64,000 bases of DNA, taken from NCBI GenBank assembly GCA_036340635.1, contig JAYYYF010000022.1:13134-77133 (forward strand), written 5' to 3'. Source of the stretch: Bacteroidota bacterium. Its GTDB lineage: Bacteria > Bacteroidota > Bacteroidia > Flavobacteriales > Flavobacteriaceae. Shown here piece after piece: positions 8,944 through 18,514 of the stretch (within the stretch, counting starts at the first letter, position 1; each line of letters starts with the position of its first letter). A program made the translations under genes and the position numbers. The notes beneath the pieces are model-generated. The model saw only the letters and a program-made list of their open reading frames with translations. It was not told the DNA's origin and searched no databases.

Positions 8944-9776
8944 AAAAAACGGCTATTCTTCTTACTACATTTAATAGAAAGACAATAACATTGAAATGCA
9001 TAGATTCAGTAATAAGAAATTTGGATTATGATAAGGCCAATTTCGATATTTACATTACTGATTCTAACTCTAGTGATGGTACTATTGATGCAATAAATGA
9101 ACTCAATTATAACATAAATATTGTTAACATTGGAAAAGATAAATATTGGGCACAAGGAATGAATTTGGCCTGGGAAATAGCAAGAGCAAAATATGATTAT
9201 GATTTTTATATTTGGCTTAATGATGACACCATTTTATTTAAAAATGCATTAACTATAATTTTTGGTGATTATAAAAAATGTCAAGAAGAATCTATTTTAG
9301 TTGGTGTAACAAAAAAACTAAAAGAAATAACCTATGGGGGTAGAGCAAATAGTATTAAAGATGATCCTTTAGAACCAAGAGGAGAAATTCAAGAAGTTAA
9401 ATATATTAATGGTAATTTTGTGTTAATCCCGAAAAAGGTAATTTCAAGAACTGGGTTTTTAAGTAAGTATTATAGTCATTCTTTGGCAGATATAGATTTT
9501 GGATTGAGATGTCTGAAGAAAGGGGTTGGGGTATATATAACATCTGATTTTATTGGTGAGTGTGAACCAAATGAAAAAAAGATTTTGGAGAAAGGAGAAA
9601 ATATTTTAACAAGGTTTAATAGAATAAATTCTATTAAAAACTTACCTTTTAGAGAGTATTTTTATTTTAATTTAATACATTTTGGAATATTTAAATCAAT
9701 AAAATTTACAATTGGCTACATTATATTGATATTCTTTCCAAGAATATACAAACTATATAAAGTAAAATATGGATAA
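8940..9776 (+). CDS. Family 2 glycosyltransferase with C-terminal membrane anchor
   Basis: Motifs AILLTTFNR...DSNSSDGT and WLNDDT (DxD-like). Hydrophobic C-terminus [10 protein letters not shown]. Confidence 0.75.
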   Translation: MKKTAILLTTFNRKTITLKCIDSVIRNLDYDKANFDIYITDSNSSDGTIDAINELNYNINIVNIGKDKYWAQGMNLAWEIARAKYDYDFYIWLNDDTILFKNALTIIFGDYKKCQEESILVGVTKKLKEITYGGRANSIKDDPLEPRGEIQEVKYINGNFVLIPKKVISRTGFLSKYYSHSLADIDFGLRCLKKGVGVYITSDFIGECEPNEKKILEKGENILTRFNRINSIKNLPFREYFYFNLIHFGIFKSIKFTIGYIILIFFPRIYKLYKVKYG

Positions 9777-10890
9777 AATTGCTTTAATTACTGGAATAAC
9801 AGGTCAGGATGGGTCTTATTTAGCAGAATTTTTGTTGGGCAAGGGATATATTGTTCATGGGCTTAAAAGACGAGCTTCTCTTTTTAACACAGATAGAATA
9901 GACCATCTATATCAGGATCCTCATTCTAAAAACAGAAAATTTATACTTCATTATGGAGATATGACTGATTCAACAAACTTAATTCGTTTAATAAAAGAAA
10001 TCAATCCTCACGAAATATATAATCTTGCAGCAATGAGTCATGTTGCAGTTTCATTTGAGATGCCAGAATATACTGCTAACGCTGATGCATTAGGTACATT
10101 GAGACTTCTTGAGGCAATACGTTTTTTAAAACTTGAAAATAAAATTAAAATTTATCAAGCCTCTACATCTGAATTATATGGTAAAGTTCAACAAACTCCT
10201 CAATCAGAAACAACTCCTTTTTATCCAAGAAGCCCATATGCTGTCGCAAAAATGTATGCTTATTGGATAACTGTAAATTATAGGGAGGCATATAATATTT
10301 TTGCATGTAATGGAATATTGTTTAATCATGAATCACCTGTTCGAGGAGAAACTTTTGTCACTAGGAAAATAACCAGAGCTACATCTCGAATTGTTCTTGG
10401 GATGCAGGATAAATTGTATCTGGGTAATCTTGATGCTAAAAGAGATTGGGGACACGCAAAAGATTATGTTAGAGTAATGTGGATGATTTTGCAAGCCAAA
10501 GATTCTGAAGACTGGGTAATTGCGACAGGGAAAACAACTTCAGTAAGAGATTTTGTAAAGATGAGTTTTGATTTTGTTGGGATTAAGCTAAAATTTGAGG
10601 GCACCGGATTAAATGAAAAGGGATATGTGACTTTTTGTTCCAACCCGAAGTATCAATTACCTATTGGCAAGGAAGTTGTATCAGTTGATGAAAAGTATTT
10701 TAGACCAACTGAAGTTGATTTATTGGTTGGAGACTCATCTAAGGCAAATTCAAAATTAGGATGGAAACCAAAATATAATCTTAAAAATTTAGTTGATGAA
10801 ATGATGGATTCAGATTTGAAATTAATGTTAAAAGAGAAACATCTAAGTGAAAAAGGATTCAACACATCAAATTATCAAAACGAGCTTTAA
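9769..10890 (+). CDS. gmd: GDP-mannose 4,6-dehydratase
   Basis: [44 protein letters not shown] and NHESPVRG; near-canonical Gmd along the whole length. Confidence 0.95.
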   Translation: MDKIALITGITGQDGSYLAEFLLGKGYIVHGLKRRASLFNTDRIDHLYQDPHSKNRKFILHYGDMTDSTNLIRLIKEINPHEIYNLAAMSHVAVSFEMPEYTANADALGTLRLLEAIRFLKLENKIKIYQASTSELYGKVQQTPQSETTPFYPRSPYAVAKMYAYWITVNYREAYNIFACNGILFNHESPVRGETFVTRKITRATSRIVLGMQDKLYLGNLDAKRDWGHAKDYVRVMWMILQAKDSEDWVIATGKTTSVRDFVKMSFDFVGIKLKFEGTGLNEKGYVTFCSNPKYQLPIGKEVVSVDEKYFRPTEVDLLVGDSSKANSKLGWKPKYNLKNLVDEMMDSDLKLMLKEKHLSEKGFNTSNYQNEL

Positions 10891-10891
10891 T

Positions 10892-11827
10892 TTGAAGCAA
10901 AATTCAAAAATATATATCGCAGGCCATCAAGGAATGGTTGGCTCAGCATGTTTAAGATTGCTTAAGGGGGAAGGATATAATCAACTTATATATAAAACTA
11001 AAAAAGAATTAGATCTTACCAAACAAGATGATGTAGCAGATTTTTTTAAAAACGAAACCCCTAAAGCAGTAATTGCAGCTGCAGCTAAAGTTGGGGGAAT
11101 ATGGGCCAACAATGAATATCCATATGATTTTCTAATGAGCAATATGTTAATTCAAAATAATCTTATAAAAGCTGCACTTGAAAATAATGTTGAAAAATTT
11201 ATTTTTTTAGGGAGCTCATGCATATATCCAAGAATGGCAAATCAACCAATCAAAGAAGAATATTTATTGGAAGGACAATTGGAGAAATCCAATCAATGGT
11301 ATGCCATTGCCAAAATTTCTGGTGTTAAGTTAATTGAATCTATAAGAAGAGTATACAAAAAGGATTATGTTTCGCTTATGCCGACAAACATGTATGGTCC
11401 AAATGATAATTATGATTTGGAAAAATCACATGTTTTACCTGCATTAATAAGAAAATTTCATGAAGCCAAAGTTAAAGGGGACTTACCTGTTGTTCTTTGG
11501 GGGTCGGGCGAGCCTTTAAGGGAATTTTTGCACGTCGATGATTTAGCCAACGCAATTTTCTTTTTGTTAAAATCTAAGACGCATAACAATATTTATAATG
11601 TTGGCTCTGGTGAAGAAATATCGATTAAAAATCTTTCTCTTATGATTCAGAAAATTGTTGGCCATAAAGGACCGATAGTTTGGGATGCTAGTAAGCCTGA
11701 CGGAACACCAAGAAAGCTTTTGAATTCTTCAAGATTAAACTCTCTTGGATGGAAACATGGAATTAACCTTCAAGATGGAATAAAAAAAACTTACTCAGAG
11801 TTGGGGGAAAAAAACTTTCGCTTTTGA
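10892..11827 (+). CDS. fcl: GDP-L-fucose synthase family (Fcl/WcaG); could equally be a ColC-type GDP-colitose synthase
   Basis: IYIAGHQGMVGSA, GSSCIYP and YAIAKI motifs. Start set at TTG 10892, 2 nt after the gmd stop, which gives a canonical N-terminus. The longest ORF starts at GTG 10847 inside gmd. Confidence 0.85.
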   Translation: MKQNSKIYIAGHQGMVGSACLRLLKGEGYNQLIYKTKKELDLTKQDDVADFFKNETPKAVIAAAAKVGGIWANNEYPYDFLMSNMLIQNNLIKAALENNVEKFIFLGSSCIYPRMANQPIKEEYLLEGQLEKSNQWYAIAKISGVKLIESIRRVYKKDYVSLMPTNMYGPNDNYDLEKSHVLPALIRKFHEAKVKGDLPVVLWGSGEPLREFLHVDDLANAIFFLLKSKTHNNIYNVGSGEEISIKNLSLMIQKIVGHKGPIVWDASKPDGTPRKLLNSSRLNSLGWKHGINLQDGIKKTYSELGEKNFRF

Positions 11828-12948
11828 TGGAGGTAATCTATTTTACTAATGTTTTTTCTCATTATCGATATGGTATTTGGGAAATGTTTCTGGAAAACAA
11901 AAAAGTAAATTTTAAAATATACTATTCAAAGAAAGAGTTGAATGGAATTCAACAAGCATCATTAAAAAAATTTGAGTCTCCCCAGCTCAATAAGTTGGGA
12001 CAGATCAAAAACATATCTCTTTTTGGAACAGTTATATGGCAATTGGGTGTAATAACAAAAGTGATTAGGTCTAGATCCGAAGTTTTTATTTTTTTAGGAG
12101 AGATGAACATTTTTTCTACCTGGATTTCAGCAATAATTGCAAGAATTAGAGGTAAAAATGTCATTTTTTGGGGACATGGACTTTATGGAAATGAAAATTT
12201 CATAAAAGGTTTTTTCAGGACAACCTTTTTAAAGTTAGCAGGCCATCATTTTTTATATGGAGAACATGCTAAAAAACTGATGATCAAAAAAGGGATTAAT
12301 GAAAATAAAATACAAGTCATATATAATTCTCTAGATCATGATAAATTAACCGATATCTATAGAAATAGTCATAATAAAAAAGTTAATTTGTTTAATGTTT
12401 TGAAATCATCTAATTATGTAATTTTTTCTGGGAGATTAACTAAGATTAAAAATTTATCTCTTTTGTTTGATGCAATGAATCATTTTCGTAAAAACAATGT
12501 TGAGATAAACCTAATTATTGTGGGCGAAGGACCTGAAAAAAATAATTTAATGAAGGAATATAATAATTTGATAACCTCTAAAATAGTTCATTTTACAGGT
12601 GGAATTTATGATGAAAAAAAATTATGTGATTATATAAGAAATGCTAAATTATTTGTTTCTCCTGGCAACATAGGCTTGGCCGGTATTCACAGTTTGACAT
12701 ATGGGACACCAGTGTGCACTCACAATGACATTAATCATCAAATGCCAGAAGCTGAAATATTAAACAAAAAAAATAGTGTTCTGTTTAAAAGAAACGATTT
12801 AGAGTCTTTAATCGAAGCAATAGAAAGAGGGATACTATTAAAAAATAAAAAAGGATTTACAGATCAATGTATTAAATCAGTCTCAGAGAAATATACTCCT
12901 AAAGGGCAAAACAGAATTATTACTAGTTATTTAGTTTCTTTGAAATGA
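11827..12948 (+). CDS. Glycosyltransferase (GT-B, group 1-like)
   Basis: The C-terminal half (VIFSGRL...KN..LL..A....LIIVGEGPE...FVSPG..G..G) is typical of GT4-like enzymes. ATG 11827 overlaps the fcl stop (TGATG). Confidence 0.7.
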   Translation: MEVIYFTNVFSHYRYGIWEMFLENKKVNFKIYYSKKELNGIQQASLKKFESPQLNKLGQIKNISLFGTVIWQLGVITKVIRSRSEVFIFLGEMNIFSTWISAIIARIRGKNVIFWGHGLYGNENFIKGFFRTTFLKLAGHHFLYGEHAKKLMIKKGINENKIQVIYNSLDHDKLTDIYRNSHNKKVNLFNVLKSSNYVIFSGRLTKIKNLSLLFDAMNHFRKNNVEINLIIVGEGPEKNNLMKEYNNLITSKIVHFTGGIYDEKKLCDYIRNAKLFVSPGNIGLAGIHSLTYGTPVCTHNDINHQMPEAEILNKKNSVLFKRNDLESLIEAIERGILLKNKKGFTDQCIKSVSEKYTPKGQNRIITSYLVSLK

Positions 12949-14036
12949 AAGTTGGAATTTTATTTTTAAGTAATCAAAAAATGGGTGGTGTATATCAATA
13001 TTCTTTATCTTTTATAGATTGTCTATTGAAAAACAAAAAGGTTAAAGAATTAACTGTTTTCACCAATAAAAATGATTTAACTATAAAAAATGTAAAAGTT
13101 GTTTTAATTAAAAATTATTCATTGAAGTTAATTTTTTCAATATTTTTTGGAGCGATATCAATTTTTCCAAAACTTTTGTTTAAGAAAATTGATTTACTGT
13201 TTGCCCCTGCATATTCACCACTATTATTTTTGTCTAAGAGTCAAATAAACATAACAATTCATGATTTGCAAGAAATATATTATCCGAAAAATTTTAATAA
13301 AACAACCTTGTTTTGGAGAAAATTTATGTATCAAAGGATTAAAAAAATTGCATCAAATATAATTACTGAATCAAGTTATGTTAAAGAAGACATAGCTAGA
13401 TATTTAAATTTTAATAAGGAAAAAATTCATGTAATAGAATCACCCCCATATTTTGACAAATGGAATTTAACTTTAAATAATGAAAGAGAATTTAAGAATT
13501 ATATTAATCAGAATTTTGAATATATTTTTTTCCCTGCTCAATTTTGGAAACACAAAAATCATAAAAGAGTTTTAAAAGCCTTTTCCAAATTTTCAAAAGA
13601 TTTTAAATCAGTTAAGATGATACTAACTGGAAACAAGAATAGAGAATATAGTTCTATATTAGATCTCATCACTAAATTGAAAATTAGAGACAAGATTATT
13701 TTTTTTAATAGAATTCCCCAGAAATTAATGCCATATTTTTTCAAAAATTCAGTTTTTACTATTGCACCTACTCTCCACGAGAGTATAAGTATTCCAGTTT
13801 TTGAGGCCTTTCAATATCAATCACCTGTTTGTGCATCAAGAATATTGGCAATTAAGGATCAGGTTTCAGACTGTGGTCTATTGTTTAATCCAGAATCTAT
13901 TGAAGACATTTATAAATGTATGCATAAACTTTACGTTGACCGGGATCTGAGAGAAAAGCTAAAATTAAAAGGAAAGAAAAGATTAAAATATTTTTCTGTA
14001 AGTAGATTTAATAAAAAAATAAACAAAATTTTATGA
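12945..14036 (+). CDS. Family 4 (group 1) glycosyltransferase
   Basis: ESISIPVFEA (EX7E motif), FFPAQFWKHKNH and LILTGNK motifs. ATGA overlaps on both sides. Confidence 0.8.
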   Translation: MKVGILFLSNQKMGGVYQYSLSFIDCLLKNKKVKELTVFTNKNDLTIKNVKVVLIKNYSLKLIFSIFFGAISIFPKLLFKKIDLLFAPAYSPLLFLSKSQINITIHDLQEIYYPKNFNKTTLFWRKFMYQRIKKIASNIITESSYVKEDIARYLNFNKEKIHVIESPPYFDKWNLTLNNEREFKNYINQNFEYIFFPAQFWKHKNHKRVLKAFSKFSKDFKSVKMILTGNKNREYSSILDLITKLKIRDKIIFFNRIPQKLMPYFFKNSVFTIAPTLHESISIPVFEAFQYQSPVCASRILAIKDQVSDCGLLFNPESIEDIYKCMHKLYVDRDLREKLKLKGKKRLKYFSVSRFNKKINKIL

Positions 14037-15208
14037 TAAGATTAATCAAAAGCACTTTTTATAAAGAGCAAAAGATTAAAGGTGAATTAATCAAATTTAT
14101 CACCTCTGCTTCTAAGCTAAGTATGGGAAGCGAGTGTCTTAAATTTGAAGACAATTTTTCAAAATTTCAAGACAGAAGGTTTACTTGTTTTGTAAATAGT
14201 GGATCATCTGCAAACTTATTGCTCTTACAATCACTTTTAAACTTGGGGAAAATAAAAAAGGGAGACACAGTTGCTTTTTCGTCTTTAACCTGGTCAACAA
14301 ATGTTATGCCAATTATTCAGTTAGGTTTGAAACCTGTTCCCATTGATGTTAGTATCACTAATTTGAATGTCACATCTGAAAATTTAATTTCTAGTTTTAT
14401 TGAGAATCCTTTCAAAGTTTTTTTTATCACAAATTTACTTGGGTTTTGTGCAGATTTGGATAAAATAAAAGAATTTTGTGATGAAAGAAACATTATGTTA
14501 CTAGAAGATAATTGTGAATCTTTAGGATCTGAGTTAAGAAATGAAAAATTAGGAAACTTTGGACTTGCAAGTACTTCATCTTTTTTTGTTGGGCATCACT
14601 TATCAACAATTGAAGGGGGTGCAGTTTCTACAAATGACCAAGAACTATCAAGGATGTTAAAAATAACTAGAGCTCATGGATGGTCTAGAAATATTTCAAA
14701 TGAGGAAAGGAATATGTTGGCCAAAAAAAATAAGATAGATTCATTTTATGATGATTATTCCTTTTATGAATTAGGATTTAATTTTAGGCCAAATGAGATT
14801 TCTGGTTTTATAGGGAATCACCAATTATTATATTTAAGTGAGATTGTAGATTTAAGAGAAAGAAATTTCAAATTATTTTATCAAGCTTCTTGTAAGAATA
14901 AAAACCTCATTATATTAGATGTCAAGCATCTTAGTAAAATTTCAAATTTTGCATTCCCTATGATATTTGAATCTAAATCAGCGTTTATAAAATATAGAGA
15001 TACTTTTTTAAAAAATAAAGTGGAGATAAGACCTATAGTTGGTGGTGATATTACTCAGCAACCTTTCTTTAAAAAGACAAATGATAAAAAATATAAAATG
15101 AAGAATGCTAATATTATTCATGATAAAGGATTTTATATTCCAAACAACCCTGAACTAACAAAAGAAGAAATCGAAACCCTTGCTAACTTAATATCAAGTG
15201 ATATATGA
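14033..15208 (+). CDS. PLP/PMP-dependent sugar 3-dehydratase, ColD-like (GDP-4-keto-6-deoxy-D-mannose 3-dehydratase family)
   Basis: DegT-fold protein (NSGSSANLL, LLEDNCESLG, RAHGWSRN). SSFFVGHHLSTIEGG has His where the aminotransferases in this window have the Schiff-base Lys. About 390 aa with no C-x-C iron-sulfur motif. gmd lies nearby. Confidence 0.75.
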   Translation: MIRLIKSTFYKEQKIKGELIKFITSASKLSMGSECLKFEDNFSKFQDRRFTCFVNSGSSANLLLLQSLLNLGKIKKGDTVAFSSLTWSTNVMPIIQLGLKPVPIDVSITNLNVTSENLISSFIENPFKVFFITNLLGFCADLDKIKEFCDERNIMLLEDNCESLGSELRNEKLGNFGLASTSSFFVGHHLSTIEGGAVSTNDQELSRMLKITRAHGWSRNISNEERNMLAKKNKIDSFYDDYSFYELGFNFRPNEISGFIGNHQLLYLSEIVDLRERNFKLFYQASCKNKNLIILDVKHLSKISNFAFPMIFESKSAFIKYRDTFLKNKVEIRPIVGGDITQQPFFKKTNDKKYKMKNANIIHDKGFYIPNNPELTKEEIETLANLISSDI

Positions 15209-16299
15209 TTATTCAAATTCAACCATGGATAGACAATTCTGAATTAGAGGAATTGAAAAAAGTTATAGAATCTACTTATATAACTGAAAATAAAATGACT
15301 AAACTTTTTGAAAATATGACTAAGAAGTTAACTAGTTCAAAATATGCGATATCTGTTGCTAATGGAACTGTTGGATTATATTGTGCTTTAAGATCAATAG
15401 ATGTTGGGATTGGAGATGAAGTAATTGTACCTAACCTTACATTTATAGCTTCGTCAAATGCTGTTATTTTAGCCGGTGCAAAGCCGGTTTTTTGTGATAT
15501 AAAGAAAGAAACACTAACAATTGATGAAAGTAAAATATCTGCTCTAATAAATAAGAATACAAAAGCAATAATGCCTGTTCATCTTTATGGATTTAGTGCA
15601 GAAATGAATGAATTAAAAAAAATTGCATCTAAATATAACCTTAAAATAATAGAGGATGCTGCTCAAGGAGTAGGTGTAAATTATAAAGGGGAGCATGTAG
15701 GTTCCATTGGCGATATAGGTGTTTTGTCCTATTATGGTAACAAAACTATTACTACAGGGGAGGGAGGAATGATTCTTACTAACAATGAAGAATTTGCAAA
15801 AAGATGTTACAGGTTAAAAAATCATGGGAGAGATCAAAAAGGAACCTTCATGCACAATCACATAGGGTTTAATTTTTCTTTTACAGATCTTCAAGCGGCA
15901 ATAGGTGTTTCTCAAATGAAGAAACTAGGCAAAATAATTAATAAAAAGGAAATGATTTTTAACAAATATTTTGATTCCCTTAAAATGATTGATGAATTGA
16001 ATTTTTATGAAATAAAAGATCAAGGAAAACCAGTATATTGGTTTAGTTCATTATATAGCAAAAAAGTAGATGGGATTATAGAGTTTTTAAAAAACAAAGG
16101 CATACAAACCAGAAGATTTTTCTATCCGCTTCATCTACAGCCTTGTTATCAAAATGAACTCTTAAGTATTAATCCAGCTCATTTCCAAGTTTCAGAAGAT
16201 GTTTATTTTAATAGTTTATCATTGCCTTCATCGTATGTTTTAAAAGAGCAAGAACAAGATTTCATTATTAAAAACATTAAATCTTTTTTTAGGTGCTAA
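15205..16299 (+). CDS. DegT-family sugar aminotransferase (perosamine-synthase-like)
   Basis: Motifs ANGTVGL, EDAAQGVG, SYYGNKTITTGEGG (Lys present) and FNFSFTDLQAAIGVSQ. ATGA overlap with the ColD-like gene. Confidence 0.85.
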   Translation: MIIQIQPWIDNSELEELKKVIESTYITENKMTKLFENMTKKLTSSKYAISVANGTVGLYCALRSIDVGIGDEVIVPNLTFIASSNAVILAGAKPVFCDIKKETLTIDESKISALINKNTKAIMPVHLYGFSAEMNELKKIASKYNLKIIEDAAQGVGVNYKGEHVGSIGDIGVLSYYGNKTITTGEGGMILTNNEEFAKRCYRLKNHGRDQKGTFMHNHIGFNFSFTDLQAAIGVSQMKKLGKIINKKEMIFNKYFDSLKMIDELNFYEIKDQGKPVYWFSSLYSKKVDGIIEFLKNKGIQTRRFFYPLHLQPCYQNELLSINPAHFQVSEDVYFNSLSLPSSYVLKEQEQDFIIKNIKSFFRC

Positions 16300-17027
16300 A
16301 AGTTTCATTAATTACAGTCTGTTACAATTCTTCAAAGACAATTTATAAAACACTTGAATCAGTTAAGAATCAAAAATTTAAAAATTTTGAGCATATTATT
16401 GTTGATGGTAAATCAACTGATAATACACTTGAAATTTGTTCTTCATTCTCACACGTAAAAAAAATAATATCTGAAAGAGATGATGGTGTTTATGATGCAT
16501 TCAACAAAGGAATTGCATGTGCAGAAGGTGACATAATAGGATTTTTAAATTCCGATGATGTTTATTATAATAGTGAATCTTTAGATCTTATAGTTCATAA
16601 TTTTAATGACAATACAGATTGTGTTTTTGGAAATTTACTTTATGTAAATTATAAAGGGGAAGTTGTTAGAAGATGGAAATCAAAAACTTTTAAAAAAGGA
16701 GCTTTTAAAAAAGCTTGGATGCCTGCACATCCTACTTTTTATTGTAGGAAAGAAATTTATGACAAATTTGGAGGATATAATGCTAAATACAGAATAGCTG
16801 GAGATTTTGAATTAATGCTTAGGTTTTTGGAAAAAAAAAGGATCCGTTCAAAATTTATAAATAAGCCCCTTGTAAGAATGCTTTCAGGGGGTTTAAGTAA
16901 TGAAGGGATTATAAGTAAAATTAAAATTTTAAAAGAGGAATTTGACGCCTTTGAAGAAAATAAAATAAGCGTTAATAAATTGTTTTATATTGTCTATAAA
17001 GGTGGAAAGATTAGAGAGTTTTTTTAA
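16293..17027 (+). CDS. Family 2 glycosyltransferase
   Basis: GTG start. Motifs VSLITVCYNS...IVDGKSTDNT and LNSDD (DxD). Confidence 0.8.
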   Translation: MLKVSLITVCYNSSKTIYKTLESVKNQKFKNFEHIIVDGKSTDNTLEICSSFSHVKKIISERDDGVYDAFNKGIACAEGDIIGFLNSDDVYYNSESLDLIVHNFNDNTDCVFGNLLYVNYKGEVVRRWKSKTFKKGAFKKAWMPAHPTFYCRKEIYDKFGGYNAKYRIAGDFELMLRFLEKKRIRSKFINKPLVRMLSGGLSNEGIISKIKILKEEFDAFEENKISVNKLFYIVYKGGKIREFF

Positions 17028-17061
17028 TTCAATTATCTTTATAATATAAAAGTTTTACTAG

Positions 17062-17928
17062 ATGAAGGGCATTGTTCTCGCAGGCGGGTTTGGAAGTAGA
17101 TTACATCCTGTTACTAGGGGTGTTTCTAAACAACTTCTTCCAGTTTATGACAAGCCAATGGTTTATTATCCAATTTCAGTTTTAATGACCGCAGGGATTA
17201 ATAAAATTTTATTGATTACAACGCCTACAGATATCTCTTCCTATAAGAGGCTTTTAGGTGATGGCTCATTGTTTGGGATCCAATTAGAATATGCTGAACA
17301 AAAATCTCCTAATGGGCTAGCTGAAGCATTAATTGTTGGAGAAAGTTTTATTGGTAAAGATAGAGTTTGTCTGATTTTGGGAGACAATATTTTTTATGGG
17401 AAAGGACTTGACCTATTAATGGAAAGGGCAATAGAAGAATCAAAACAAGCTACAATTTTTGGTTACAAAGTAAAAGATCCTCAGAGATACGGTGTAATTG
17501 AATTTGATGACAAAGGGAAGGTTGCTTCAATTGTTGAAAAACCAAGACATCCAAAAAGTGATAAGGCCGTAGTTGGATTATATTTTTATCCCAATGAAGT
17601 TGTTGAAATCGCAAAAAATGTCCGCCCTAGTTCCAGGGGAGAGCTAGAAATTTCATCCGTTAATCAGGTTTTTCTAGAGCAAGGATTATTGCAGGCAAAA
17701 ATTTTAAGCGATGGTTTTACATGGTTAGATACAGGTACTCATCAATCCCTAATAGAAGCAGGCCAATTTATACATACAGTTGAAAAAAGACAAGGACTTA
17801 AAGTAGCTTGCCTGGAAGAAATTGGTTTTGAAAATGGGTGGATCACTCGTGAAAAGCTAATCTCTATTGCAAATAATCTTTCTCACACAGAATACGGACA
17901 ATACTTGTTAAAAAGATATAATAACTAA
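17062..17928 (+). CDS. rfbA: Glucose-1-phosphate thymidylyltransferase
   Basis: MKGIVLAGGFGSRLHPVTRGVSKQLLPVYDKPMVYYP; canonical RmlA. Confidence 0.96.
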   Translation: MKGIVLAGGFGSRLHPVTRGVSKQLLPVYDKPMVYYPISVLMTAGINKILLITTPTDISSYKRLLGDGSLFGIQLEYAEQKSPNGLAEALIVGESFIGKDRVCLILGDNIFYGKGLDLLMERAIEESKQATIFGYKVKDPQRYGVIEFDDKGKVASIVEKPRHPKSDKAVVGLYFYPNEVVEIAKNVRPSSRGELEISSVNQVFLEQGLLQAKILSDGFTWLDTGTHQSLIEAGQFIHTVEKRQGLKVACLEEIGFENGWITREKLISIANNLSHTEYGQYLLKRYNN

Positions 17929-17941
17929 GAGGATAATTAAA

Positions 17942-18514
17942 ATGATTATTAAACCTACTTTTTTCCCAGAAGTTTTAGTTATAAAGCCAAAAATTCATCA
18001 AGACAAAAGAGGTTGGTTTATAGAAAGTTTTCGTTTAGATCTTTTGGAAGAGGTCGTTGGCCATTCATTGAACTTTTGTCAAGATAATTTAGTTAAGTCT
18101 ACTTTTGGTGTTTTAAGAGGATTACACTATCAAAAACCTCCTTTCACTCAATCAAAAATGGTCAGTGTCATATCTGGGGGAATATTAGATATAATTGTTG
18201 ATGTTAGAAAGGGATCTCCCGATTTCGGAAAATATATTTCATTAGAACTGACTGATAGAAATCAAAAACAAGTTTTTATACCAAAGGGATTTGCACATGG
18301 ATACATATGCATTACAAAAAGGGCAATTGTTTCCTATAAGGTTGACAATTATTATAATAAAGGATCAGAGGTAACTATTGTACATGATGATCCTCATTTG
18401 GGTATTGACTGGCAAATACCTTCTGAAAAGATCACAATTTTAGAAAAAGAAAAGAATATTATCGTTTTTAGTCAAGTGAGTCATTTTGATTTTAAAAAAT
18501 CTCTTTATGACTAG
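17942..18514 (+). CDS. rfbC: dTDP-4-dehydrorhamnose 3,5-epimerase
   Basis: DKRGWFIESF, LRGLHYQ and GFAHGY motifs of RmlC. Confidence 0.95.
   Translation: MIIKPTFFPEVLVIKPKIHQDKRGWFIESFRLDLLEEVVGHSLNFCQDNLVKSTFGVLRGLHYQKPPFTQSKMVSVISGGILDIIVDVRKGSPDFGKYISLELTDRNQKQVFIPKGFAHGYICITKRAIVSYKVDNYYNKGSEVTIVHDDPHLGIDWQIPSEKITILEKEKNIIVFSQVSHFDFKKSLYD

Noticed and set aside
14033-15208. Alternative assignment of the His-for-Lys DegT protein as a CDP-hexulose 3-dehydrase (E1/DdhC)
   Set aside because: E1 enzymes are longer and carry a Cys-rich [2Fe-2S] motif including C-x-C. This protein is about 390 aa and lacks such a motif, no CDP-glucose pathway genes (ddhA/B/D) are present, and gmd is adjacent. 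The assignment remains formally possible until aligned.
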